In this document: one piece after another, positions 35,221 through 49,583 of the stretch
Numbering within the stretch: position 1 is the stretch's first letter
Layout of the letters: the number at the start of each line of letters is the position of its first letter
From: Takakia lepidozioides
Taxonomy: Eukaryota; Plantae; Bryophyta
Reading direction: 5' to 3'
Length of the DNA: 64,000 bases
Assembly (NCBI GenBank): GCA_030704615.1
Contig: CM060733.1
Span: 43,834,001-43,898,000 of the forward strand
The notes under the pieces: generated by a model
What the model saw: only the letters and a program-made list of their open reading frames with translations
Told to the model about the DNA's origin: nothing
Databases searched by the model: none
Position numbers and translations under genes: made by a program

Positions 35221-36160
35221 TTTTCCAGCACTGAACGAAACTGCCGATTCAGAACGGAATCCCCGAACTGAGAGCCCGTAATTATCGAAAGTGGAAATAC
35301 CACCAGCAAACTGAGGTCAACAAGGGTAGCACCAAACCAAAGGCTGCCGGCGATGCATGCCAAGGATGTAGGGATGACGTGCACCTTCACCTCCCACCAA
35401 CCAGAAAAACCGTTTTGAAAGACCAGAGCCACAAGAAGCCGTACTGTTTTTGGATGGAAAACAAACCCTGAAAATGACATGAAACCATCCATTATGAAAT
35501 GACGGCAACAACCCTGGAGAGCAGTAAACAGGAAGATCCGATTGTAATGAGATTGTGTTGCGCCAGAATAGCACAGAACAAACACCGACACTCCAAGAGA
35601 TACCTCGCACGAATTGTGGCAACACATGGTCATATCCGACACAATCCTTTATACCGAATGACCCCATGGGGACGGTCACGGCATAAAAAAAACCACAGGG
35701 CATGCAGTACAACACACGTGGATGCATATGTGAAGCATAACAATTATTGCGAATCTGGAAGAACTGCTCGGAATTGAAAAAGCACTACATTTCTACGGCG
35801 CATTCGAATTTGAAAGAAGGCAAGGAGGCCGCCATGTATTGGCAGGCGGCGAAGTACATCTGACATATATCGCAAATGCATGCAACGGATGTTCTTTTTC
35901 TTCGGCGCTTTATTAGCTGGGTAATACAAGACGCCAAAATGGATGAATTCCGTTCGCACACAATATCAACACCCGCATCCAAATACGGTTGACAACGTCC
36001 ATTTTTTTTTTTGTTACATGCGATACCAGCACTTGTTGCAAACGTCAAACTGGAGAGCTCCAGGGGCATCGTGGGGAGCCCTTGTTTCCAGCGGAGGAGA
36101 AAGAGAAGGAAGTCATTATACTTCACGAGTTCTAGAAACAGGAATAGAGCTAGATATAGA

Positions 36161-36471
36161 ATGAGGATGGAAAGAGTGGAGGAAGAGGAAAAGGAGGAAG
36201 AAGAGGGAATACAGGAAAGTGTGGCGATGGAGGAGCAGGAATCTGGAGAAGAACAACAACCCACCATAGTTCCAGGAACAGGCGAGGAGGACACTGCGTC
36301 TGAGGGAGAGACAGACGACATGGAGGAAGATGTTGACCACTGGCCTCACGAAGAATCTGACACGGGAAAGAGGAGGGGGGAGAGGCTCACCTACATAGTC
36401 GGCGAAGAGAGCAGCCCGAAGCGGAAAGGGTCCCGGCAACTGGGGAGTCTTCTCGAGTAGCTACGAAAAAG
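36161..36471 (+). CDS. Acidic, KRK-containing segment; putative first exon of the cargo gene
   Basis: ATG 36161, Glu-rich ORF, donor AAG|GTAAAA at 36472; one frameshift near 36430 is needed to join the 49583 acceptor. Confidence 0.4.
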
Positions 36472-36539
36472 GTAAAATCTACAGGACCCACATTTGTGAA
36501 GAATTCGGCTTTCAATGGCAGGTATTTGAGAAAAAAAAG

Positions 36540-39500
36540 AACCATTCAGTGGCAGCTCAAACAGTGTGCGTTGCCGCACACTGTTTGAGCTGCACATGTC
36601 ACTGTTTAAGGGTTGCAAAATTCTTCCTTCAACGACACCTTTTCTGAGGGATGAAATGAACTCCCACTACCAGCTCAAACAGTGTGCGGCAACGCAACTG
36701 TTTGAGCAGATCTTTTTCAATGTTTTAGGTGCAAAATTTGGCNNNNNNNNNNNNNNNNNNNNNNNNNNNNNNNNNNNNNNNNNNNNNNNNNNNNNNNNNN
36801 NNNNNNNNNNNNNNNNNNNNNNNNNNNNNNNNNNNNNNNNNNNNNNNNNNNNNNNNNNNNNNNNNNNNNNNNNNNNNNNNNNNNNNNNNNNNNNNNNNNN
36901 NNNNNNNNNNNNNNNNNNNNNNNNNNNNNNNNNNNNNNNNNNNNNNNNNNNNNNNNNNNNNNNNNNNNNNNNNNNNNNNNNNNNNNNNNNNNNNNNNNNN
37001 NNNNNNNNNNNNNNNNNNNNNNNNNNNNNNNNNNNNNNNNNNNNNNNNNNNNNNNNNNNNNNNNNNNNNNNNNNNNNNNNNNNNNNNNNNNNNNNNNNNN
37101 NNNNNNNNNNNNNNNNNNNNNNNNNNNNNNNNNNNNNNNNNNNNNNNNNNNNNNNNNNNNNNNNNNNNNNNNNNNNNNNNNNNNNNNNNNNNNNNNNNNN
37201 NNNNNNNNNNNNNNNNNNNNNNNNNNNNNNNNNNNNNNNNNNAACCATTGTGCTGCAACGCATACACTGTTTGATCTGAACATTTCAATGTTTCTGGGGC
37301 AAAATTTGGTCTTGCTGTCTGTTATCTGACGTGAAATGAACCCTTTCGCTGCCAGCTCAACCTGTGCGGCAACACACACTGTTTGAGCTGAACATTTCAT
37401 GTTTCAGGGTGCAAAATTTGGACTTTCAGCGGCACCTATCTGAGGATGAAATGAACCCTTACTGCCAGCTCAAACCTGTGCGGCAACGCACACTGTTTGA
37501 GCTGACATTTCAATGTTTCAGGGTGCAAAATTTGAACTTCCAGGGGCCCCTATCTGAGGGTGAAATGAACCCTTCACGCCAGCTCAAACAGTGTGCGGCA
37601 ACGCCACGGTTTGAGCTGAACATTTCAATGTTTTAGGGTGCAAAATTTGGACTTTGCTGCCTATTTTCTGAGGATGAAATGAACCCTTCACTGTCAGCCC
37701 AAACAGTGTGCGGCAACGCACACTGGTGGCTGAACATTTCAATGTTTTAGGGTGCAAAATTTGGTCTTGCTATCTGTTATCTGAGGTGAAATGACCCCTT
37801 CGCTGCCATCCCAAACAGTGTATACGTCAACTGCACAATTTGGGTCTTGCGTTCTGTTTATCTGAGGTTGAAATGAACCCTTCACTGCCAGCTCAAACAT
37901 TGTGCGGCAACGCACACTGTTTGAGCTGCATCATTTCAATGTTTTCTGGGTGCAAAATTTGGTTTTGCTGTCACTTATCTGAGGTAAATGACCCTTCACT
38001 GCCAGCTCAAAACAGTGTGCGGCACACACACTGTTTGAGCTGACTTTCAATGTTTCAGGTTGCAAAATTTGGACTTCAGGGCACCTATCTGAGGATGAAA
38101 TGAAACCTTCACTGTCAGCCCAAACAGTGTGCGGCAACGCACACTGTTTGAGCTGAACATTTCAATGTTTTTTCTGGTGCAAAATTTGAACTTCAGGGGC
38201 ACCTATGTGAGGATGAAATGAACCCTTCACTGTCAGCCCAAACATGTGCGGCAACGCACACTGTTTGAGCTGAACATTTCAATGTTTTAGGGTGCAAAAT
38301 TTGGTCTTGCTGTCTGTTATCTGAGGTTGAAATGAACCTTTCACTGCCAGCCCAAACAGTGTGCGGCAACGCACACTGTTTGAGCTGATCTTTTCAATGT
38401 TTTTAGGTGCAAAATTTGTCTTGCTGTCTGTTATCTAACGGAAATGACCCTTCACTCAGCTCAAACAGTGTGCGGCAACACACACTGTTTGAGCTGAACA
38501 TTTCAATGTTACAGGGTGCAAAATTTGGACTTCAGGGGCACCTATGTGAAGATGAAATGAACTTCTCTGTCACCCCAACAGTGTGCGGCAACGCACACTA
38601 TTTGAGCTGAACATTTCAATGTTTTAGGGTGCAAAATTTGGTCTTGCTGTCTGTTATCTGAGGTTGAAATGAACCCTTCACTTCCAGCTCAACCGTGTGC
38701 GCAACGCACACTGTTTGAGCTGAACATTTCAATGTTTTTGGTGCAAAATTTGGTCTTGCTATCTGTTATCTGACGGTGAAATGAACCCTTCGCTGCCAGC
38801 CCAAACAGTGTACGGCAACGCACAAGTTTGAGCTGAACATTTCAATGTTTCAGGTGCAAATTTGGACTTCAGGGGCACCTATCTGAAGATGAAATGAACA
38901 CTTCACTTCCAGCCCCAAACAGTGTGCGGCAACGCACACTGTTTGAGCTGAACATTTCAATGTTTCTGGGTGCAAAATTTGATCTTCCGGGGCACCTATC
39001 ATTGAGGATGAAATGAACCCTTCACTGTCAGCCCAATCAGTGTGCGGCAACGCACACTGTTTGAGCTGAACATTTCATCAATGTTTAGGGTGCAAATTTG
39101 GTCTTGCTGTCTGTTTTATCTGAGGTTGAAATGACCCTTCACTGCCAGCCTCAAATTGTGCGGCAACGCACACTGTTTGAGCTGAACATTTCAATGTTTC
39201 TGGGTGCAAATTTTGGTTTGCTGTCTATTATCTGACGGTAAAATGACCCTTCGCTGCCAGCTCAAACAGTGTGCGGCAACACACACTGTTTGAGCTGAAC
39301 ATTTCAATGTTTTAGGGTGCAAAATTTGGACTTCAGGGGCACCTATCTGAGGATGAAATGAACACTTCACTTTCAGCCCAAACACTGTGCGGCAACGCAC
39401 ACTGTTTGAGCTGAACATTTCAATGTTTCTGGGTGCAAAATTTGAACTTCCGGGGCACCTATGTGAGGATGAAATGAACCCTTCACTGTCAGCCCAAACA

Positions 39501-42500
39501 GTGTGCGGCAACGCACACTGTTTGAGCTGAACATTTCAATGTTTCTGGGTGCAAAATTTGAACTTCCAGGGCACCTATGTGAGGATGAAATGAACCCTTC
39601 ACTGTCAGCCCAAACAGTGTGCGGCAACGCATACTGTTTGAGCTGAACATTTCAATGTTTTAGGGTGCAAAATTTGGTCTTGCTGTCTGTTATCTGAGGT
39701 TGAAATGAACCTTTCACTGCCAGCCCAAACATTGTGCGGCAACGCACACTGTTTGTGCAGATCTTTTCAATGTTTTAGGGTGCAAAATTCGGTCTTGCTG
39801 TCTGTTATTTAACGGTGAAATGAACCCTTCGCTGCCAGCTCAAACAGTGTGCGGCAACACACACTGTTTGAGCAGATCTTCCGGGGCACCTATGTGAGGA
39901 TGAAATGAACCCTTCACTGTCAGCCCAAACAATGTGCGGCAACGCACACTGTTTAAGCTGAACATTTCAATGTTTTACGGTGCTAAATTTGGTCTTGCTG
40001 CTGTTAAATCTGATGTTGAAATGAACCATTCACTGCCAGCTCAAACAGTATGCGGCAACGCACACTGTTTGAGCAGATCTTTTCAATGTTTTAGGGTGCA
40101 AAATTTGGTCTTGCTGTCTCTTATCTGACGGTGAAATGAACCCTTCTGCCAGCTCAAACAGTGTGCGGCAACGCACACTGTTTGAGCTGAGTATTTCAAT
40201 GTTTCAGGGTGCAAAATTTGGACTTCAGGGGCACATACCTGAGGATGAAATGAACACTTCACTGTCAGCCCAAACAGTGTGCGGCAACGCACACTGTTTG
40301 AGCTGAACATTTCAATGTTTCTTGGTGCAAAATTTGAACTTCAGGGGCACCTATCTGAGGATGAAATGAACCCTTCACTGTCAGCCCAATCAGTGTGCGG
40401 CAACGCACACTGTTTGAGCTGAACATTTCAATTTTAGGGTGCAAAATTTGGTCTTGCTGTCTGTTATCTGAGGTTGAAATGAACCCTTCACTGCCAGCTC
40501 AAACATTGTGCGGCAACGCACACTGTTTGAGCTGCACATTTCAATGTTTCTGGGTGCAAAATTTGGTTTTGCTGTCTATTATCTGACGGTAAAATGAACC
40601 CTTCGCTGCCAGCTCAAACAGTGTGCGGCAACACACACTATTTGAGCTGAACATTTCAATGTTTCAGGGTGCAAAATTTGGACTTCAGGGGCACCTATCT
40701 GAGGATGAAATGAACACCTTCACTTTCAGCCAAACAGTGTGCGGCAACGCACACTGTTTGAGCTGAACATTTCAATGTTTCTGGGTGCAAATTTGAACTT
40801 CCGGGGCACCTATGTGAGGATGAAATGAACCCTTCACTGTCAGCCCAAACAGTGTGCGGCAACGCATACTGTTTGAGCTGAACATTTCAATGTTTTAGGG
40901 TGCAAAATTTGGTCTTGCTGTCTGTTATCTGAGGTTGAAATGAACCTTTCACTGCCAGCCCAAACAGTGTGCGGCAACGCACACTGTTTGAGCTGATCTT
41001 TTCAATGTTTTAGGGTGCAAATTTGGTCTTGCTGTCTGTTATCTAACGGTGAAATGAACCCTTCGCTGCAGCTCAAACAGTGTGCGGCAACACACACTGT
41101 TTGAACTGAACATTTCAATGTTACAGGGTGCAAAATTTGGACTTCAGGGGCACCTATGTGAAGATGAAATGAACCATTCACTGTCAGCCCAAACAGTGTG
41201 CGGCAACGCACACTGTTTGAGCTGAACATTTCAATGTTTTAGGGTGCAAAATTTGGTCTTGCTGTCTGTTATCTGAGGTTGAAATGAACCCTTCACTTCC
41301 AGCTCAAACAGTGTGCGGCAACGCACACTGTTTGAGCTGAACATTTCAATGTTTTTTGTTGCAAAATTTGGTCTTGCTACTGTTATCTGACGGTGAAATG
41401 AACCCATCGCTGCCAGCCAAACAGTGTGCGGCAACGCACAATGTTTGAGCTGAACATTTCAATGTTTCAGGGTGCAAAATTTGGACTTCAGGGGCACCTA
41501 TCTAAAGATCAAATGAACACTTCACTGTCAGCCCAAACAGTGTGCGGCAACGCACACTGTTTGAGCTGAACATTTCAATGTTTCTTGGTGCAAAATTTGA
41601 TCTTCAGGGGCACCTATCTGAGGATGAAATGAACCCTTCACTGTCAGCCCAATCAGTGTGCGGCAACGCACACTGTTTGAGCTGAACATTTCAATGTTTT
41701 AGGGTGCAAAATTTGGTCTTGCTGTCTGTTATCTGAGGTTGAAATGAACCCTTCACTGCCAGCTCAAACATGTGCGGCAACGCACACTGTTTGAGCTGAA
41801 CATTTCAATGTTTTGGGTGCAAATTTGGTTTTGCGGTCTATTATCTGAGGTAAATGAACCCTTCACTGCCAGCTCAAACAGTGTGCGGCAACACACACTG
41901 TTTGAGCTGAACATTTCAATGTTTCAGGGTGCAAAATTTGGACTTCAGGGGCACCTATCTGAGGATGAAATGAACACTTCACTTTCAGCCCAAACACTGT
42001 GCGGCAACGCACACTGTTTGAGCTGAACATTTCAATGTTTCTGGTGCAAAATTTGGACTTCAGGGCACCTATGTGAGGATGAAATGAACCCTTCACTGTC
42101 ACCCAAACAGTGTGCGGCAACGCATACTGTTTGAGCTGAACATTTCAATGTTTTAGGGGTGCAAAATTTGGTCTTGCTGTCTGTTATCTGAGGTTGAAAT
42201 GAACCTTTCACTGCCAGCCCAAACAGTGTGCGGCAACGCACACTGTTTGAGCAGATCTTTTCAATGTTTTAGGGTGCAAAATTTGGTCTTGCTGTCTGTT
42301 ATCTAACGGTGAAATGAACCCTTCGCTGCCAGCTCAAACAGTGTGCGGCAACGCACACTGTTTGAACTGAACATTTCAATGTTACAGGGTGCAAAATTTG
42401 GACTTCAGGGGCACCTATGTGAGGATGAAATGAACCCTTCTCTGTCAGCCCAACAGTGTGCGGCAACGCACACTGTTTGAGCTGAACATTTCAATGTTTT

Positions 42501-45500
42501 AGGGTGCAAAATTTGGTCTTGCTGTCTGTTATCTGAGGTTGAAATGAACCCTTCACTGCCAGCTCAAACAGTGTGCGGCAACGCACACTGTTTGAGCTGA
42601 ACATTTCAATGTTTTTGGGTGCAAAATTTGGTCTTGCTATCTGTTATCTGACGGTGAAATGAACCCTTCGCTGCCAGCTCAAACAGTGTGCGGCAACGCA
42701 CACTGTTTGAGCTGAACATTTCAATGTTTCAGGGTGCAAAATTTGGACTTCAGGGGCACCTATCTGAAGATGAAATGAACACTTCACTGTCAGCCCAAAC
42801 AGTGTGCGGCAACGCACACTGTTTGAGCTGAACATTTCAATGTTTCTGGGTGCAAAATTTGAACTTCAGGGGCACCAATGTGAGGATGAAATGAACGCTT
42901 CACTGTCAGCCCAAACAGTGTGCGGCAACGCACACTGTTTGAGCTGAACATTTCAATGTTTCTTGGTGCATAATTTGAACTTCGGGGACACCTATCTGAG
43001 GATGAAATGAACCCTTCACTATCAGCCCAATCAGTGTGCGGCAACGCACACTGTTTGAGCTGAACATTTCAATGTTTTAGGGTGCAAAATTTGGTCTTGT
43101 TGTTTGTTATCTGAGGTTGAAATGAACCCTTCACTGCCAGCTCAAACAGTGTGCGGCAACGTACACTGTTTGAGCTGAACATTTCAATGTTTTAGGGTGC
43201 AAAATTTGGACTTCAGAGGCACCTATCTGAGGATGAAATGAACACTTCACTGTCAGCCAAAACAGTGTGCGGCAACGCACACTGTTTGAGCTGAACATTT
43301 CAATGTTTTCTGGGTGCAAAATTTGAACTTCCAGGGCACCTATCTGAGGATGAAATGAACCCTTCACTGTCAGCCCAAACAGTGTGCGGCAACGCACACT
43401 GTTTGAGCTGAACATTTCAATGTTTTAGGGTGCTAAATTTGGTCTTGCTGTCTGTTATCTGATGTTGAAATGAACCATTCAATGCCAGCTCAAACAGTAT
43501 GCGGCAACGCACACTGTTTGAGCAGATCTTTTCAATGTTTTAGGGTGAAAAATTTGGTCTTGCTGTCTGTTATCTTACGGTGAAATGAACCCTTCGCTGC
43601 CAGCTCAAACAGTGTGCGGCAACGCACACTGTTTGAGCTGAGTATTTCAATGTTTCAGGGTGCAGAATTTGGACTTCAGGGGCACCTACCTGAGGATGAA
43701 ATGAACACTTCACTGTCAGCCCAAACAGTGTGCGGCAACGCACACTGTTTGAGCTGAACATTTCAATGTTTCTGGGTGCAAAATTTGAACTTCAGGGGCA
43801 CCTATCTGAGGATGAAATGAACCCTTCACTGTCAGCCCAATCAGTGTGCGGCAACGCACACTGTTTGAGCTGAACATTTCAATGTTTTAGGGTGCAAAAT
43901 TTGGTCTTGTTGTCTGTTATCTGAGGTTGAAATGAACCCTTCACTGCCAGCTCAAACATTGTGCGGCAACGCACACTGTTAGAGCTGAACATTTCAATGT
44001 TTTAGGGAACAAAATTTGGTCTTGCTGTCTGTTATCTGTGGTTGAAATGAACCCTTCACTCCCAGCTCAAACATGTGCGGCAACGCACACTGTTTGAGCT
44101 GCACATTTCAATGTTTCTGGGTGCAAAATTTGGTTTTGCTGTCTATTATCTGACGGTAAAATGAACCCTTCGCTGCTAGCTCAAACAGTGTGCGGCAACA
44201 CACACTGTTTGAGCTGAACATTTCAATGTTTCAGGGTGCAAAATTTGAACTTCAGCGGCACCTATCTGAGGATGAAATGAACACTTCACTTTCAGCTCAA
44301 ACACTGTGCGGCAACGCACACTGTTTGAGCTGAACATTTCAATGTTTCAGGGTGCAAAATTTGAACTTCCGGGGCACCTATGTGAGGATGAAATGAACCC
44401 TTCACTGTCAGCCCAAACAGTGTGCGGCAACGCACACTGTTTGAGCTGAACATTTCAATGTTTTAGGGTGCAAAATTTGGTCTTGCTGTCTGTTTTCTGA
44501 GGTTGAAATGAACCCTTCACTGCCAGCTCAAACACTGTGCGGCAACGCACACTGGTTGAGCTGAACATTTCAATGTTTTAGGGTGCAAAATTTGGTCTTG
44601 CTATCTGTTATCTGACGGTGAAATGAACCCATCGCTGCCAGCCCAAACAGTGTACAACAACGCACACTGTTTGAGCTGAACATTTCAATGTTTCAGGGTG
44701 CAAAATTTGAACTTCCGGGGCACCTATGTGAGGATGAAATGAACCCTTCACTGTCAGCCCAAACAGTGTGCGGCAACGCACACTGTTTGAGCTGAACATT
44801 TCAATGTTTTAGGGTGCAAAATTTGGTCTTGCTGTCTGTTTTCTGAGGTTGAAATGAACCCTTCACTGCCAGCTCAAACACTGTGCGGCAACGCACACTG
44901 GTTGAGCTGAACATTTCAATGTTTTAGGGTGCAAAATTTGGTCTTGCTGTCTGTTAACTGAGGTTGAAAAGAACCCTTCACTGCCAGCTCAAACAGTATG
45001 CGGCAACGCACACTGTTTGAGCAGATCTTTTCAATGTTTTAGGGTGCAAAATTTGGTCTTGCTATCTGTTATCTGACGGTGAAATGAACCCTTCGCTGCC
45101 AGCTCAAACAGTGTGCGGCAACGCACACTGTTTGAGCTGAACATTTCAATGTTTCAGGGTGCAAAATTTGAACTTCAGGGGCACTTATGTGAGGATAAAA
45201 TGAACCATTCTCTGTCAGCCCAAACAGTGTGCGGCAACGCACACTATTTGAGCTGAACATTTCAATGTTTCTGGGTGCAAAATTTGAACTTCCGGGGCAC
45301 CTATGTGAGGATGAAATGAACCCTTCACTGTCAGCCCAAACAGTGTGCGGCAACGCACACTGTTTGAGCTGAACATTTCAATGTTTTAGGGTGCAAAATT
45401 TGGTCTTGCTGTCTGTTATCTGAGGTTGAAATGAACCCTTCACTGCCAGCTCAAACACTGTGCGGCAACGCACACTGTTTGAGCTGAACATTTCAATGTT

Positions 45501-48500
45501 TTAGGGTGCAAAATTTGGTCTTGCTATCTGTTATCTGACGGTGAAATGAACCCTTCGCTGCCAGCTCAAACAGTGTGCGGCAACGCACACTGTTTGAGCT
45601 GAACATTTCAATGTTTCAGGGTGCAAAATTTGAACTTCAGGGGCACTTATGTGAGGATAAAATGAACCATTCTCTGTCAGCCCAAACAGTGTGCGGCAAC
45701 GCACACTATTTGAGCTGAACATTTCAATGTTTCTGGGTGCAAAATTTGAACTTCCGGGGCACCTATGTGAGGATGAAATGAACCCTTCACTGTCAGCCCA
45801 AACAGTGTGCGGCAACGCACACTGTTTGAGCTGAACATTTCAATGTTTTAGGGTGCAAAATTTGGTCTTGCTGTCTGTTATCTGAGGTTGAAATGAACCC
45901 TTCACTGCCAGCTCAAACACTGTGCGGCAACGCACACTGTTTGAGCTGAACATTTCAATGTTTTAGGGTGCAAAATTTGGTCTTGCTGTCTGTTAACTGA
46001 GGTTGAAAAGAACCCTTCACTGCCAGCTCAAACAGTATGCGGCAACGCACACTGTTTGAGCAGATCTTTTCAATGTTTTAAGGTGCAAAATTTGGTCTTG
46101 CTTTCTGTTATCTGACGGTGAAATGAACCCTTCGCTGCCAGCTCAAACAGTGTGCGGCAACGCACACTGTTTGAGCTGAACATTTCAATGTTTCAGGGTG
46201 CAAAATTTGGACTTCAGGGGCACCTATGTGAGGATGAAATGAACCATTCTCTGTCAGCCCAAACAGTGTGCGGCAACGCACACTGTTTGAGCTGAACATT
46301 TCAATGTTTTAGGGTGCAAAATTTGTCTTGCTGTCTGTTATCTGAGGTTGAAATGAACCCTTCTCTGCCAGCTCAAAAGTGTGCGGCAACGCACACTGTT
46401 TGAGCTGAACATTTCAATGTTTCAGGGTGCAAAATTTGGACTTCAGGGGCACCTATCTGAGGATGAAATGAACACTTCACTGTCAGCCCAAACTGTGTGC
46501 GGCAACGCACACTGTTTGAGCTGAACATTTCAATGTTTTAGGGTGCAAAATTTTGTCTTGCTGTCTGTTATCTGAGGTTGAAATGAACCCTTCACTGCCA
46601 GCTCAAAAATTGTACGGCAACGCACACTATTTGAGCTGAACATTTCAAAATTTCAGGGTGCAAAATTTGGACTTCAGGGGCACCTATCTGAGGATGAAAT
46701 GAACACTTCACTGTCAGCCAAAACAGTGTGCGGCAACGCACTCTGTTTGAGCTGAACATTTCAATGTTTCCGGGTGCAAAATTTGAACTTCAGGGGCACC
46801 TATGTGAGGATGAAATGAACCCTTCACTGTCAGCCCAAACAGTGTGCGGCAACGCATACTGTTTGAGCTGAACATTTCAATGTTTTAGGGTGCAAAATTT
46901 GGTCTTGCTGTCTGTTATCTGAGGTTGAAATGAACCTTTCACTGCCAGCCCAAACAGTGTGCGGCAACGCACACTGTTTGAGCAGATCTTTTCAATGTTT
47001 TAGGGTGCAAAATTCGTCTTGCTGTCTGTTATCTGACGGTGAAATGAACCCTTCGCTGCCAGCTCAAACAGTGTGCGGCAACGCACACTGTTTGAACTGA
47101 ACATTTCAATGTTACAGGGTGCAAAATTTGGACTTTAGGGGCACCTATGTGAAGATGAAATGAACCATTCTCTGTCAGCCCAAACAGTGTGCGGCAACGC
47201 ACACTGTTTGAGCTGAACATTTCAATGTTTTAGGGTGCAAAATTTGGTCTTGCTATCTGTTATCTGACGGTGAAATGAACCCTTCGCTGCCAGCCCAAAC
47301 AGTGTCCGGCAACGCACACTGTTTGAGCTGAACATTTCAATGTTTCAGGGTGCAAAATTTGGACTTCAGGGGCATCTATCTGAGGATCAAATGAACACTT
47401 CACTGTCAGCCAAAACAGTGTGCGGCAACGCACTCTGTTTGAGCTGAACATTTCAATGTTTCTGGGTGCAAAATTTGAACTTCAGGGGCACCAATGTGAG
47501 GATGAAATGAACGCTTCACTGTCAGCCCAAACAGTGTGCGGCAACGCACACTGTTTGAGCTGAACATTTCAATGTTTTAGGGTGCAAAATTTGGTCTTGT
47601 TGTTTGTTATCTGAGGTTGAAATGAACCCTTCACTGCCAGCTCAAACAGTGTGCGGCAACGCACACTGTTTGAGCAGATCTTTTCAATATTTTAGGGTGC
47701 AATATTTGGTCTTGCTGTCTGTTATCTGAGGGTGAAATGAACCATTCACTGCCAGCTCAGACAGTGTGCGGCAACGCACACTGTTTGAGCTGAACATTTC
47801 AATGTTTCTTGTTGCAAAATTTGGACTTCAGGGGCACCTATCTGAGGATGAAATGAACGCTTCACTGTCAGCCCAAACAGTGTGCGGCAACGCACACTGT
47901 TTGAGCTGAACATTTCAATGTTTTAGGGTGCAAAATTTGGTCTTCCTGTCTGTTATCTGAGGTTGAAATGAACCCTTCACAACCAGCTCAATGAGTGTGC
48001 GGCAACGCACACTGTTTGAGCTGAACATTTCAATGTTTTAGGGTGCAAAATTTGGTCTTTCTGTCTGTTATCTGAGGGTGAAATGAACCCTTCACTGCCA
48101 GCTCAGACAGTGTGCGGCAACGCACACTGTTGGAGCTGAACATTTCAATGTTTCTTGGTGCAAAATTTGGACTTCAGGGGCACCTATCTGAGGATGAAAT
48201 GAACCATTCACTGTCAGCCCAAACAGTGTGCGGCAACGCACACTGTTTGAGCTGAACATTTCAATGTTTTAGGGTGCAAAATTTGGTCTTCCTGTCTGTT
48301 ATCTGAGGTTGAAATGAACCCTTCACAACCAGCTCACACAGTGTGCGGCAACGCACACTGTTTGAGCTGAACATTTCAATGTTTTAGGGTGCAAAATTCT
48401 GTCTTGCTGTCTGTTATCTAAGGGTGAAATGAACCCTTCACTGCCAGCTCAGATAGTGTGCGGCAACGCACACTGTTTGAGCTGAACATTTCAATGTTTC

Positions 48501-49520
48501 TTGGTGCAAAATTTGGACTTCAGGGGCACCTATCTGAGGATGAAATGAACCCTTCACTATCAGCCCAAATAGTGTGCGGCAACGCAAACTGTTTGAGCTG
48601 AATATTTCAATGGTTCAGGGTGCAAAACTTGGACTTGAGGGGCACCTATGTGAGGATGAAATGAACCATTCTCTGTCAGCTCAAACAGTGTGCGGCAACG
48701 CACACTGTTTGAGCTGAACATTTCAATGTTTTAGGGTGCAAAATTTGGTCTTGCTGTCTGTTATCTGAGGTTGAAATGAACCCTTCACTGCCAGCTCAAA
48801 CAGTGTGCGGCAACGCACACTGTTTGAGCTGAACATTTCAATGTTTTAGGGTGCAAAATTTGGTCTTGATGTCTATTATCTGACGGTGAAATGAACCCTT
48901 CGCTGCAAGCTCAAACAGTGTGCGGCAACGCACACTGTTTGAGCTGAACATTTCAATGTTTCAGGGTGCAAAATTTGGACTTCAGGGGCACCTATCTGAG
49001 GATGAAATGAACCCTTCACTGTCAGCCCAAACAGTGTGCGGCAATGCACACTGTTTGAGCTGAACATTTCAATGTTTCTGGGTGCAAAATTTGATGTTCA
49101 AGGGCACCTATGTGAGGATGAAATGAACCCTTCACTGTCAGCCCAAACAGTGTGCGGCAACGCACACTGTTTGAGCTGAACATTTCAATGTTTTAGGGTG
49201 CAAAATTTGGTCTTCAAGGGCACATTTCTGAGGATAAAATGAACCCTTCACTGTCAGCTCAAACAGTCTGCGGAATCGCACACTGTTTAGGCAGAACATA
49301 TCAATATTGAACGGCGCAACCTTCGGCCCTCATGGGCAGATATCTGAGGATGAAATGAATCCTTTACTGCCAGCTCAAACAGTGTGCGGCAACGCACACT
49401 GTTTGAGCAGTACTTTTCAATGTTCTTTCCCTGTGAAAATCGGGAACATAGGGCAGGTCCGTGAGGATCAATGAACACATATCTGGCAGCTCAAAGAACA
49501 CTTACCTGTTTGATCCCACT
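36540..49520. repeat. Satellite array, about 110 units of 115/116 bp, each with an 18-bp-stem GCAA-loop palindrome
   Basis: CAGC(T/C)CAAACAGTGTGCG-GCAA-CGCACACTGTTTGAGCTG in essentially every unit; two linker classes; 462-bp higher-order repeat at 45069/45531. Confidence 0.97.
36743..37242. other. Assembly gap (500 N) inside the array
   Basis: N run; true array length unknown. Confidence 1.
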
Positions 49521-49583
49521 TTTTCATGCATCAGTGGACGTTTTATTCCTCTCTTATAAGAATTTGAGTGAACAACCTTGCAG

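Noticed and set aside
37243-39300. Apparently more diverged monomers near the gap
   Set aside because: Indel-rich pattern at a contig end is likely sequencing error
36566-49478. ORFs in the gap and satellite
   Set aside because: Artefacts of N runs and repeat periodicity
36540-49520. CRISPR array
   Set aside because: Linkers are two recurring classes rather than unique spacers; no cas genes; eukaryotic context
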